Under the pieces are notes generated by a model. That model did no database searches and had not been told where the DNA came from. It saw only the letters and a program-made list of their open reading frames with translations. A DNA stretch of 64,000 nucleotides. It comes from Eledone cirrhosa (lineage: Eukaryota). Made by a program: the position numbers and the translations under genes. The stretch is from assembly GCA_964016885.1 (NCBI GenBank), contig OZ024743.1, positions 133,858,001 to 133,922,000 of the forward strand. The letters run 5' to 3'. Below are positions 10,340 to 22,000 of the stretch, piece after piece. Numbering within the stretch: position 1 is the first letter of the stretch; the number at the start of each line of letters is the position of its first letter.

Positions 10340-13300
10340 CTTCGTGCTTGGTGCTTGGTGTTTGGTGCTTGGTGTCTGGTGCTTGGTGTCTGGTGCTTGG
10401 TGTTTGGTGTTTGGTGTTTGGTGCTTGGTGTTTGGTGTTTGGTGCTTGTTGCTTGGTGCTTGGTGCTTGGTGTTTGGTGCTTGGTGCTTGGTGTTTGGTG
10501 CTGGGTGCTTGGTGTTTGGTGTTTGGTGCTTCGTGCTTGGTGTTTGGTGTTTGGTGTTATATGCTTGGTGTTTGGTGCTTGGTGCTTGGTGTTTGGTGTT
10601 TGGTTCTTGATGCTTGGTATTTGGTGCTTGGTGCTTGCTGCTTGGTGTTTGGTGCTTGGTGATTGATGCTTAGTGTTTGGTGCTTGGTGCTTGGTGTTTG
10701 GTGCTTGGTGTTTGGTGTTTGGTGCTTGGTGCTTGGTGTTTGGTACTTGGTGCTTGGTGCTTGGTGTTTGGTGCTTGGTGCTTGGTGTTTGGTGTTTGGT
10801 GTTTGGTGCTTGGTGATTGGTGTTTGGTGCTTGGTGCTGGGTGGTTGGTGTTTGGTGCTTGGTGCTTGGTGTTCCGTGCTAGGTGCATGGTGCTTGGTGT
10901 TTGGTGCTTGGTGCTTGGTGCTTGGTCTTTGGTGTTTGGTGTTTAGTGCTTAGTGCTTGGTGCTTGGTGCTTGGTGCTTGGTGCTTGGTCCTTGGTGTTT
11001 GGTGCTTGGTGCTTGGTGTTTGGTGTTTGGTGCTTGGTGCTTGGTGCTTCGTGTTTGGTGGTTGGTGCTTGGTGTCTGGAGCTTGGTGTTTGGTGTTTGG
11101 TGCTTGGTGTTTGGTGTTTGGTGCTTGGTGCTTGGTGTTTGGTGCTTGGTGCTTGGTGTTTGTACTTGGTGCTTGGTGCTTGGTGTTTGGTGCTTGGTTC
11201 TTGGTGTTTGGTGCTTGGTGTTTGGAGCTTGGTGCTTGGTGTTTGGTGCTTGGTGCATGGTGTTTGTACTTGGTGCTTGGTGCTTGGTGTTTGGTGCTTG
11301 GTTCTTGGTGTTTGGTGCTTGGTGTTTGGAGCTTGGTGCTTGGTGTTTGGTGCTTGGTGCTTGGTGTTTGGTGCTGGGTGCTTGGTGTTTGGTGTTTGGT
11401 GCTTGGTGCTTGGTGTTTGGTGTTTGGTGTTATATGCTTGGTGTTTGGTGCTTGGTGCTTGGTGTTTGGTGTTTGGTTCTTGATGCTTGGTATTTGGTGC
11501 TTGGTGCTTGCTGCTTGGTGTTTGGTGCTTGGTGATTGATACTTGGTGTTTGGTGCTTGGTGCTTGGTGTTTGGTGCTTGGTGTTTGGTGTTTGGTGCTT
11601 GGTGCTTGGTGTTTGGTACTTGGTGCTTGGTGCTTGGTGATTGATACTTGGTGTTTGGTGCTTGGTGCTTGGTGTTTGGTGCTTGGTGCTTGGTGTTTGG
11701 TGTTTGGTGTTTGGTGCTTGGTGCTTGGTGTTTGGTGCTTGGTGCTGGGTGGTTGGTGTTTGGTGCTTGGTGCTTGGTGTTCCGTGCTAGGTGCATGGTG
11801 CTTGGTGTTTGGTGCTTGGTGCTTGGTGCTTGGTCTTTGGTGTTTGGTGTTTAGTGCTTGGTGCTTGGTGCTTGGTGCTTGGTGCTTGGTGCTTGGTCCT
11901 TGGTGTTTGGTGCTTGGTGCTTGGTGTTTGGTGTTTGGTGCTTGGTGCTTGGTGCTTCGTGTTTGGTGTTTGGTGCTTGGTGTCTGGAGCTTGGTGTTTG
12001 GTGTTTGGTGCTTGGTGTTTGGTGTTTGGTGCTTGGTGCTTGGTGTTTGGTGCTTGGTGCTTGGTGTTTGTACTTGGTGCTTGGTGCTTGGTGTTTGGTG
12101 CTTGGTTCTTGGTGTTTGGTGCTTGGTGTTTGGAGCTTGGTGCTTGGTGTTTGGTGCTTGGTGCTTGGTGTTTGTACTTGGTGCTTGGTGCTTGGTGTTT
12201 GGTGCTTGGTTCTTGGTGTTTGGTGCTTGGTGTTTGGAGCTTGGTGCTTGGTGTTTGGTGCTTGGTGCTTGGTGTTTGGTGTTTGGTGATTGGAGCTTGG
12301 TGTTTGGTGTTTGGTGCTTGGTGTTTGCTTTTTGGTGTTTGGTGCTTGGTGTTTGGTGCTTGGTGCTTGGTGTTTGGTGTTTGGTGTTTGATGCTTGGTG
12401 TTTTATGCTTGGTGCTTGGTGTTTGGTGCTTGGTGTTTGTATTTGGTGCTTGGTGCTTGGTGTTTTGAGCTTGGTTCTTGGTGTTTGGTGTTTGGTGCTT
12501 GGTACTTGGTGCTTGGTGTTTGGTGCTTGGTGCTTGGTGTTTGGTGTTTGGTGCCTGGTGCTTGGTGTTTGGTGTTTGGTGCTTGGTGTTTGGTGTTTGG
12601 TGCTTGGTGCTTGGTGTTTGTTGCTTGGTACTTGGTGCATGGTGTTTGGTGCTGGGTGCTTGGTGTTTGGTGCTTGGTGTTTGGTGCTTGGTGCTTGGTG
12701 TTTGGTGTTTGGTGTTTGATGCTTGGTGTTTTATGCTTGGTGCTTGGTGTTTGGTGCTTGGTGTTTGTACTTGGTGCTTGGTGCTTGGTGTTTTGTGCTT
12801 GGTTCTTGGGGTTTGGTGTTTGGTGCTTGGTACTTGGTGCTTGGTGTTAGGTGTTTGGTGCTTGGTGCTTGGTGTTTGGTGTTTGGTCCTTGGTGCTTGG
12901 TGCTTGGTGTTTAGTGCTTGGTGCTTGGTGTTTGTTGTTTGGTGCTTTCTGTTTGCTGCTTGGTGTTTGCTGCTTGGTGCTTGGTGCTTGGTGCTTGGTG
13001 TTTGGTGCTAGGTGTTTGGTGTTTGGTGTTTGGTGTTTGATGCTTGGTGTTTGGTGCTTGGTGTTTGGTGCTTGGTGCTTGGGGCTTGGTGTTTGGTGCA
13101 TGGTGCTTGGTGCTTGGTGTTTGGTGCTTGGTGCTTGGTGTTTGGTGTTTGGTGTTTGGTGCTTGGTGCTTGGTGTTTGGTGCTTGGTGCTTGGTGCTGG
13201 GTGGTTGGTGCTTCGTGCTTGGTGCTTGGTGTTTGGTGCTTGGTGTCTGGTGCTTGGTGTCTGGTGCTTGGTGTTTGGTGTTTGGTGTTTGGTGCTTGGT

Positions 13301-16085
13301 GTTTGGTGTTTGGTGCTTGTTGCTTGGTGCTTGGTGCTTGGTGTTTGGTGCTTGGTGCTTGGTGTTTGGTGCTGGGTGCTTGGTGTTTGGTGTTTGGTGC
13401 TTGGTGCTTGGTGTTTGGTGTTTGGTGTTATATGCTTGGTGTTTGGTGCTTGGTGCTTGGTGTTTGGTGTTTGGTTCTTGATGCTTGGTATTTGGTGCTT
13501 GGTGCTTGCTGCTTGGTGTTTGGTGCTTGGTGATTGATGCTTAGTGTTTGGTGCTTGGTGCTTGGTGTTTGGTGCTTGGTGTTTGGTGTTTGGTGCTTGG
13601 TGCTTGGTGTTTGGTACTTGGTGCTTGGTGCTTGGTGTTTGGTGCTTGGTGCTTGGTGTTTGGTGTTTGGTGTTTGGTGCTTGGTGCTTGGTGTTTGGTG
13701 CTTGGTGCTGGGTGGTTGGTGTTTGGTGCTTGGTGCTTGGTGTTCCGTGCTAGGTGCATGGTGCTTGGTGTTTGGTGCTTGGTGCTTGGTGCTTGGTCTT
13801 TGGTGTTTGGTGTTTAGTGCTTAGTGCTTGGTGCTTGGTGCTTGGTGCTTGGTGCTTGGTCCTTGGTGTTTGGTGCTTGGTGCTTGGTGTTTGGTGTTTG
13901 GTGCTTGGTGCTTGGTGCTTCGTGTTTGGTGGTTGGTGCTTGGTGTCTGGAGCTTGGTGTTTGGTGTTTGGTGCTTGGTGTTTGGTGTTTGGTGCTTGGT
14001 GCTTGGTGTTTGGTGCTTGGTGCTTGGTGTTTGTACTTGGTGCTTGGTGCTTGGTGTTTGGTGCTTGGTTCTTGGTGTTTGGTGCTTGGTGTTTGGAGCT
14101 TGGTGCTTGGTGTTTGGTGCTTGGTGCATGGTGTTTGTACTTGGTGCTTGGTGCTTGGTGTTTGGTGCTTGGTTCTTGGTGTTTGGTGCTTGGTGTTTGG
14201 AGCTTGGTGCTTGGTGTTTGGTGCTTGGTGCTTGGTGTTTGGTGCTGGGTGCTTGGTGTTTGGTGTTTGGTGCTTGGTGCTTGGTGTTTGGTGTTTGGTG
14301 TTATATGCTTGGTGTTTGGTGCTTGGTGCTTGGTGTTTGGTGTTTGGTTCTTGATGCTTGGTATTTGGTGCTTGGTGCTTGCTGCTTGGTGTTTGGTGCT
14401 TGGTGATTGATACTTGGTGTTTGGTGCTTGGTGCTTGGTGTTTGGTGCTTGGTGTTTGGTGTTTGGTGCTTGGTGCTTGGTGTTTGGTACTTGGTGCTTG
14501 GTGCTTGGTGATTGATACTTGGTGTTTGGTGCTTGGTGCTTGGTGTTTGGTGCTTGGTGCTTGGTGTTTGGTGTTTGGTGTTTGGTGCTTGATGCTTGGT
14601 GTTTGGTGCTTGGTGCTGGGTGGTTCGTGTTTGGTGCTTGGTGCTTGGTGTTCCGTGCTAGGTGCATGGTGCTTGGTGTTTGGTGCTTGGTGCTTGGTGC
14701 TTGGTCTTTGGTGTTTGGTGTTTAGTGCTTGGTGCTTGGTGCTTGGTGCTTGGTGCTTGGTGCTTGGTGCTTGGTCCTTGGTGTTTGGTGCTTGGTGCTT
14801 GGTGTTTGGTGTTTGGTGCTTGGTGCTTGGTGCTTCGTGTTTGGTGTTTGGTGCTTGGTGTCTGGAGCTTGGTGTTTGGTGTTTGGTGCTCGGTGTTTGG
14901 TGTTTGGTGCTTGGTGCTTGGTGTTTGGTGCTTGGTGCTTGGTGTTTGTACTTGGTGCTTGGTGCTTGGTGTTTGGTGCTTGGTTCTTGGTGTTTGGTGC
15001 TTGGTGTTTGGAGCTTGGTGCTTGGTGTTTGGTGCTTGGTGCTTGGTGTTTGTACTTGGTGCTTGGTGCTTGGTGTTTGGTGCTTGGTTCTTGGTGTTTG
15101 GTGCTTGGTGTTTGGAGCTTGGTGCTTGGTGTTTGGTGCTTGGTGCTTGGTGTTTGGTGTTTGGTGCTTGGAGCTTGGTGTTTGGTGTTTGGTGCTTGGT
15201 GTTTGCTTTTTGGTGTTTGGTGCTTGGTGTTTGGTGCTTGGTGCTTGGTGTTTGGTGTTTGGTGTTTGATGCTTGGTGTTTTATGCTTGGTGCTTGGTGT
15301 TTGGTGCTTGGTGTTTGTATTTGGTGCTTGGTGCTTGGTGTTTTGAGCTTGGTTCTTGGTGTTTGGTGTTTGGTGCTTGGTACTTGGTGCTTGGTGTTTG
15401 GTGCTTGGTGCTTGGTGTTTGGTGTTTGGTGCCTGGTGCTTGGTGTTTGGTGTTTGGTGCTTGGTGTTTGGTGTTTGGTGCTTGGTGCTTGGTGTTTGTT
15501 GCTTGGTACTTGGTGCATGGTGTTTGGTGCTGGGTGCTTGGTGTTTGGTGCTTGGTGTTTGGTGCTTGGTGCTTGGTGTTTGGTGTTTGGTGTTTGATGC
15601 TTGGTGTTTTATGCTTGGTGCTTGGTGTTTGGTGCTTGGTGTTTGTACTTGGTGCTTGGTGCTTGGTGTTTTGTGCTTGGTTCTTGGGGTTTGGTGTTTG
15701 GTGCTTGGTACTTGGTGCTTGGTGTTAGGTGTTTGGTGCTTGGTGCTTGGTGTTTGGTGTTTGGTCCTTGGTGCTTGGTGCTTGGTGTTTAGTGCTTGGT
15801 GCTTGGTGTTTGTTGTTTGGTGCTTTCTGTTTGCTGCTTGGTGTTTGCTGCTTGGTGCTTGGTGCTTGGTGCTTGGTGTTTGGTGCTAGGTGTTTGGTGT
15901 TTGGTGTTTGGTGTTTGATGCTTGGTGTTTGGTGCTTGGTGTTTGGTGCTTGGTGCTTGGGGCTTGGTGTTTGGTGCATGGTGCTTGGTGCTTGGTGTTT
16001 GGTGCTTGGTGCTTGGTGTTTGGTGTTTGGTGTTTGGTGCTTGGTGCTTGGTGTTTGGTGCTTGGTGCTTGGTGCTGGGTGGTTG
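10340..16085 (+). repeat. Duplication with period of about 2871-2878 bp, containing a 908-bp sub-repeat
   Basis: ORF offsets are 2871 (10663/13534, 10883/13754, 11487/14358) and 2878 (12395/15273, 13012/15890). The 908-bp offset appears at 10883/11791 and 13754/14662. Confidence 0.85.
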
Positions 16086-19000
16086 GTATTTGGTGCTTGG
16101 TGCTTGGTGTTTGGTGCTTGGTGCTTGGTGCTTGGTGTTTGGTGCTTGGTGCTTGGTGCTTGGTCTTTGGTGCTTGGTGTTTGGTGTTTGGTGCTTGGTG
16201 CTTTGTGTTTGGTGCTTGGTGATTAGTGTTTGGTGCTTGGTACTTGGTGTTTGGTGCTTGGTGTTTGGTGTTTGCTGTTTGGTGTTTGGTGTTTGGTGTT
16301 TGCTGTTTGGTGTCTGCTTTTTGGTGTTTGGTGTTTGCTGTATGGTGTTTGCTGTTTCGTGTTTGGTGTTTGCTGTTTGGTGTTTGATGTTTGCTGTTTG
16401 GTGTTTGGTCTTTGGTGCTTGGTGTTTGGTGCTTGGTGCTTGGTGTTTGGTGTTTGGTGCTTGGTGTTTGGTGCTTGGTGTTTGGTGTTTGGTGCTTGGT
16501 GCTTGGTGTTTGGTACTTGGTGCTTGGTGCTTGGTGTTTGGTGCTTGGTGCTTGGTGTTTGGTGCTTGGTGTTTGGTGCTTGGTGCTTGGTGTTTGGTGC
16601 TTGGTGCTGGGTGGTTGGTGTTTGGTGCTTGGTGCTTGGTGTTCCGTGCTAGGTGCATGGTGCTTGGTGTTTGGTGCTTGGTGCTTGGTGCTTGGTCTTT
16701 GGTGTTTGGTGTTTAGTGCTTGGTGCTTGGTGCTTGGTGCTTGGTGCTTGGTGCTTGGTCCTTGGTGTTTGGTGCTTGGTGCTTGGTGTTTGGTGTTTGG
16801 TGCTTGGTGCTTGGTGCTTCGTGTTTGGTGTTTGGTGCTTGGTGTCTGGAGCTTGGTGTTTGGTGTTTGGTGCTTGGTGTTTGGTGTTTGGTGCTTGGTG
16901 CTTGGTGTTTGGTGCTTGGTGCTTGGTGTTTGTACTTGGTGCTTGGTGCTTGGTGTTTGGTGCTTGGTTCTTGGTGTTTGGTGCTTGGTGTTTGGAGCTT
17001 GGTGCTTGGTGTTTGGTGCTTGGTGCTTGGTGTTTGTACTTGGTGCTTGGTGCTTGGTGTTTGGTGCTTGGTTCTTGGTGTTTGGTGCTTGGTGTTTGGA
17101 GCTTGGTGCTTGGTGTTTGGTGCTTGGTGCTTGGTGTTTGGTGCTGGGTGCTTGGTGTTTGGTGTTTGGTGCTTGGTGCTTGGTGTTTGGTGTTTGGTGT
17201 TATATGCTTGGTGTTTGGTGCTTGGTGCTTGGTGTTTGGTGTTTGGTTCTTGATGCTTGGTATTTGGTGCTTGGTGCTTGCTGCTTGGTGTTTGGTGCTT
17301 GGTGATTGATACTTGGTGTTTGGTGCTTGGTGCTTGGTGTTTGGTGCTTGGTGTTTGGTGTTTGGTGCTTGGTGCTTGGTGTTTGGTACTTGGTGCTTGG
17401 TGCTTGGTGTTTGGTGCTTGGTGCTTGGTGTTTGGTGTTTGGTGTTTGGTGCTTGGTGCTTGGTGTTTGGTGCTTGGTGCTGGGTGGTTGGTGTATGGTG
17501 CTTGGTGCTTGGTGTTCCGTGCTAGGTGCATGGTGCTTGGTGTTTGGTGCTTGGTGCTTGGTGCTTGGTCTTTGGTGTTTGGTGTTTAGTGCTTGGTGCT
17601 TGGTGCTTGGTGCTTGGTGCTTGGTGCTTGGTCCTTGGTGTTTGGTGCTTGGTGCTTGGTGTTTGGTGTTTGGTGCTTGGTGCTTGGTGCTTCGTGTTTG
17701 GTGTTTGGTGCTTGGTGTCTGGAGCTTGGTGTTTGGTGTTTGGTGCTTGGTGTTTGGTGTTTGGTGCTTGGTGCTTGGTGTTTGGTGCTTGGTGCTTGGT
17801 GTTTGTACTTGGTGCTTGGTGCTTGGTGTTTGGTGCTTGGTTCTTGGTGTTTGGTGCTTGGTGTTTGGAGCTTGGTGCTTGGTGTTTGGTGCTTGGTGCT
17901 TGGTGTTTGTACTTGGTGCTTGGTGCTTGGTGTTTGGTGCTTGGTTCTTGGTGTTTGGTGCTTGGTGTTTGGAGCTTGGTGCTTGGTGTTTGGTGCTTGG
18001 TGCTTGGTGTTTGGTGTTTGGTGATTGGAGCTTGGTGTTTGGTGTTTGGTGCTTGGTGTTTGCTTTTTGGTGTTTGGTGCTTGGTGTTTGGTGCTTGGTG
18101 CTTGGTGTTTGGTGTTTGGTGTTTGATGCTTGGTGTTTTATGCTTGGTGCTTGGTGTTTGGTGCTTGGTGTTTGTATTTGGTGCTTGGTGCTTGGTGTTT
18201 TGAGCTTGGTTCTTGGTGTTTGGTGTTTGGTGCTTGGTACTTGGTGCTTGGTGTTTGGTGCTTGGTGCTTGGTGTTTGGTGTTTGGTGCCTGGTGCTTGG
18301 TGTTTGGTGTTTGGTGCTTGGTGTTTGGTGTTTGGTGCTTGGTGCTTGGTGTTTGTTGCTTGGTACTTGGTGCATGGTGTTTGGTGCTGGGTGCTTGGTG
18401 TTTGGTGCTTGGTGTTTGGTGCTTGGTGCTTGGTGTTTGGTGTTTGGTGTTTGATGCTTGGTGTTTTATGCTTGGTGCTTGGTGTTTGGTGCTTGGTGTT
18501 TGTACTTGGTGCTTGGTGCTTGGTGTTTTGTGCTTGGTTCTTGGGGTTTGGTGTTTGGTGCTTGGTACTTGGTGCTTGGTGTTAGGTGTTTGGTGCTTGG
18601 TGCTTGGTGTTTGGTGTTTGGTCCTTGGTGCTTGGTGCTTGGTGTTTAGTGCTTGGTGCTTGGTGTTTGTTGTTTGGTGCTTTCTGTTTGCTGCTTGGTG
18701 TTTGCTGCTTGGTGCTTGGTGCTTGGTGCTTGGTGTTTGGTGCTAGGTGTTTGGTGTTTGGTGTTTGGTGTTTGATGCTTGGTGTTTGGTGCTTGGTGTT
18801 TGGTGCTTGGTGCTTGGGGCTTGGTGTTTGGTGCATGGTGCTTGGTGCTTGGTGTTTGGTGCTTGGTGCTTGGTGTTTGGTGTTTGGTGTTTGGTGCTTG
18901 GTGCTTGGTGTTTGGTGCTTGGTGCTTGGTGCTGGGTGGTTGGTGCTTCGTGCTTGGTGCTTGGTGTTTGGTGCTTGGTGTCTGGTGCTTGGTGTCTGGT

Positions 19001-22000
19001 GCTTGGTGTTTGGTGTTTGGTGTTTGGTGCTTGGTGTTTGGTGTTTGGTGCTTGTTGCTTGGTGCTTGGTGCTTGGTGTTTGGTGCTTGGTGCTTGGTGT
19101 TTGGTGCTGGGTGCTTGGTGTTTGGTGTTTGGTGCTTGGTGCTTGGTGTTTGGTGTTTGGTGTTATATGCTTGGTGTTTGGTGCTTGGTGCTTGGTGTTT
19201 GGTGTTTGGTTCTTGATGCTTGGTATTTGGTGCTTGGTGCTTGCTGCTTGGTGTTTGGTGCTTGGTGATTGATGCTTAGTGTTTGGTGCTTGGTGCTTGG
19301 TGTTTGGTGCTTGGTGTTTGGTGTTTGGTGCTTGGTGCTTGGTGTTTGGTACTTGGTGCTTGGTGCTTGGTGTTTGGTGCTTGGTGCTTGGTGTTTGGTG
19401 TTTGGTGTTTGGTGCTTGGTGCTTGGTGTTTGGTGCTTGGTGCTGGGTGGTTGGTGTTTGGTGCTTGGTGCTTGGTGTTCCGTGCTAGGTGCATGGTGCT
19501 TGGTGTTTGGTGCTTGGTGCTTGGTGCTTGGTCTTTGGTGTTTGGTGTTTAGTGCTTAGTGCTTGGTGCTTGGTGCTTGGTGCTTGGTGCTTGGTCCTTG
19601 GTGTTTGGTGCTTGGTGCTTGGTGTTTGGTGTTTGGTGCTTGGTGCTTGGTGCTTCGTGTTTGGTGGTTGGTGCTTGGTGTCTGGAGCTTGGTGTTTGGT
19701 GTTTGGTGCTTGGTGTTTGGTGTTTGGTGCTTGGTGCTTGGTGTTTGGTGCTTGGTGCTTGGTGTTTGTACTTGGTGCTTGGTGCTTGGTGTTTGGTGCT
19801 TGGTTCTTGGTGTTTGGTGCTTGGTGTTTGGAGCTTGGTGCTTGGTGTTTGGTGCTTGGTGCATGGTGTTTGTACTTGGTGCTTGGTGCTTGGTGTTTGG
19901 TGCTTGGTTCTTGGTGTTTGGTGCTTGGTGTTTGGAGCTTGGTGCTTGGTGTTTGGTGCTTGGTGCTTGGTGTTTGGTGCTGGGTGCTTGGTGTTTGGTG
20001 TTTGGTGCTTGGTGCTTGGTGTTTGGTGTTTGGTGTTATATGCTTGGTGTTTGGTGCTTGGTGCTTGGTGTTTGGTGTTTGGTTCTTGATGCTTGGTATT
20101 TGGTGCTTGGTGCTTGCTGCTTGGTGTTTGGTGCTTGGTGATTGATACTTGGTGTTTGGTGCTTGGTGCTTGGTGTTTGGTGCTTGGTGTTTGGTGTTTG
20201 GTGCTTGGTGCTTGGTGTTTGGTACTTGGTGCTTGGTGCTTGGTGATTGATACTTGGTGTTTGGTGCTTGGTGCTTGGTGTTTGGTGCTTGGTGCTTGGT
20301 GTTTGGTGTTTGGTGTTTGGTGCTTGGTGCTTGGTGTTTGGTGCTTGGTGCTGGGTGGTTGGTGTTTGGTGCTTGGTGCTTGGTGTTCCGTGCTAGGTGC
20401 ATGGTGCTTGGTGTTTGGTGCTTGGTGCTTGGTGCTTGGTCTTTGGTGTTTGGTGTTTAGTGCTTGGTGCTTGGTGCTTGGTGCTTGGTGCTTGGTGCTT
20501 GGTGCTTGGTCCTTGGTGTTTGGTGCTTGGTGCTTGGTGTTTGGTGTTTGGTGCTTGGTGCTTGGTGCTTCGTGTTTGGTGTTTGGTGCTTGGTGTCTGG
20601 AGCTTGGTGTTTGGTGTTTGGTGCTCGGTGTTTGGTGTTTGGTGCTTGGTGCTTGGTGTTTGGTGCTTGGTGCTTGGTGTTTGTACTTGGTGCTTGGTGC
20701 TTGGTGTTTGGTGCTTGGTTCTTGGTGTTTGGTGCTTGGTGTTTGGAGCTTGGTGCTTGGTGTTTGGTGCTTGGTGCTTGGTGTTTGTACTTGGTGCTTG
20801 GTGCTTGGTGTTTGGTGCTTGGTTCTTGGTGTTTGGTGCTTGGTGTTTGGAGCTTGGTGCTTGGTGTTTGGTGCTTGGTGCTTGGTGTTTGGTGTTTGGT
20901 GCTTGGAGCTTGGTGTTTGGTGTTTGGTGCTTGGTGTTTGCTTTTTGGTGTTTGGTGCTTGGTGTTTGGTGCTTGGTGCTTGGTGTTTGGTGTTTGGTGT
21001 TTGATGCTTGGTGTTTTATGCTTGGTGCTTGGTGTTTGGTGCTTGGTGTTTGTATTTGGTGCTTGGTGCTTGGTGTTTTGAGCTTGGTTCTTGGTGTTTG
21101 GTGTTTGGTGCTTGGTACTTGGTGCTTGGTGTTTGGTGCTTGGTGCTTGGTGTTTGGTGTTTGGTGCCTGGTGCTTGGTGTTTGGTGTTTGGTGCTTGGT
21201 GTTTGGTGTTTGGTGCTTGGTGCTTGGTGTTTGTTGCTTGGTACTTGGTGCATGGTGTTTGGTGCTGGGTGCTTGGTGTTTGGTGCTTGGTGTTTGGTGC
21301 TTGGTGCTTGGTGTTTGGTGTTTGGTGTTTGATGCTTGGTGTTTTATGCTTGGTGCTTGGTGTTTGGTGCTTGGTGTTTGTACTTGGTGCTTGGTGCTTG
21401 GTGTTTTGTGCTTGGTTCTTGGGGTTTGGTGTTTGGTGCTTGGTACTTGGTGCTTGGTGTTAGGTGTTTGGTGCTTGGTGCTTGGTGTTTGGTGTTTGGT
21501 CCTTGGTGCTTGGTGCTTGGTGTTTAGTGCTTGGTGCTTGGTGTTTGTTGTTTGGTGCTTTCTGTTTGCTGCTTGGTGTTTGCTGCTTGGTGCTTGGTGC
21601 TTGGTGCTTGGTGTTTGGTGCTAGGTGTTTGGTGTTTGGTGTTTGGTGTTTGATGCTTGGTGTTTGGTGCTTGGTGTTTGGTGCTTGGTGCTTGGGGCTT
21701 GGTGTTTGGTGCATGGTGCTTGGTGCTTGGTGTTTGGTGCTTGGTGCTTGGTGTTTGGTGTTTGGTGTTTGGTGCTTGGTGCTTGGTGTTTGGTGCTTGG
21801 TGCTTGGTGCTGGGTGGTTGGTATTTGGTGCTTGGTGCTTGGTGTTTGGTGCTTGGTGCTTGGTGCTTGGTGTTTGGTGCTTGGTGCTTGGTGCTTGGTC
21901 TTTGGTGCTTGGTGTTTGGTGTTTGGTGCTTGGTGCTTTGTGTTTGGTGCTTGGTGATTAGTGTTTGGTGCTTGGTACTTGGTGTTTGGTGCTTGGTGTT

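Noticed and set aside
10943-12640. Minus-strand ORFs with (A/T)P(S/N)TKHQ heptads resembling mucin PTS or RNA polymerase II CTD repeats
   Set aside because: The DNA period is 7 bp rather than a codon-structured 21 bp, there is no third-position bias, and there is no signal peptide or flanking domain. The heptad does not match YSPTSPS.
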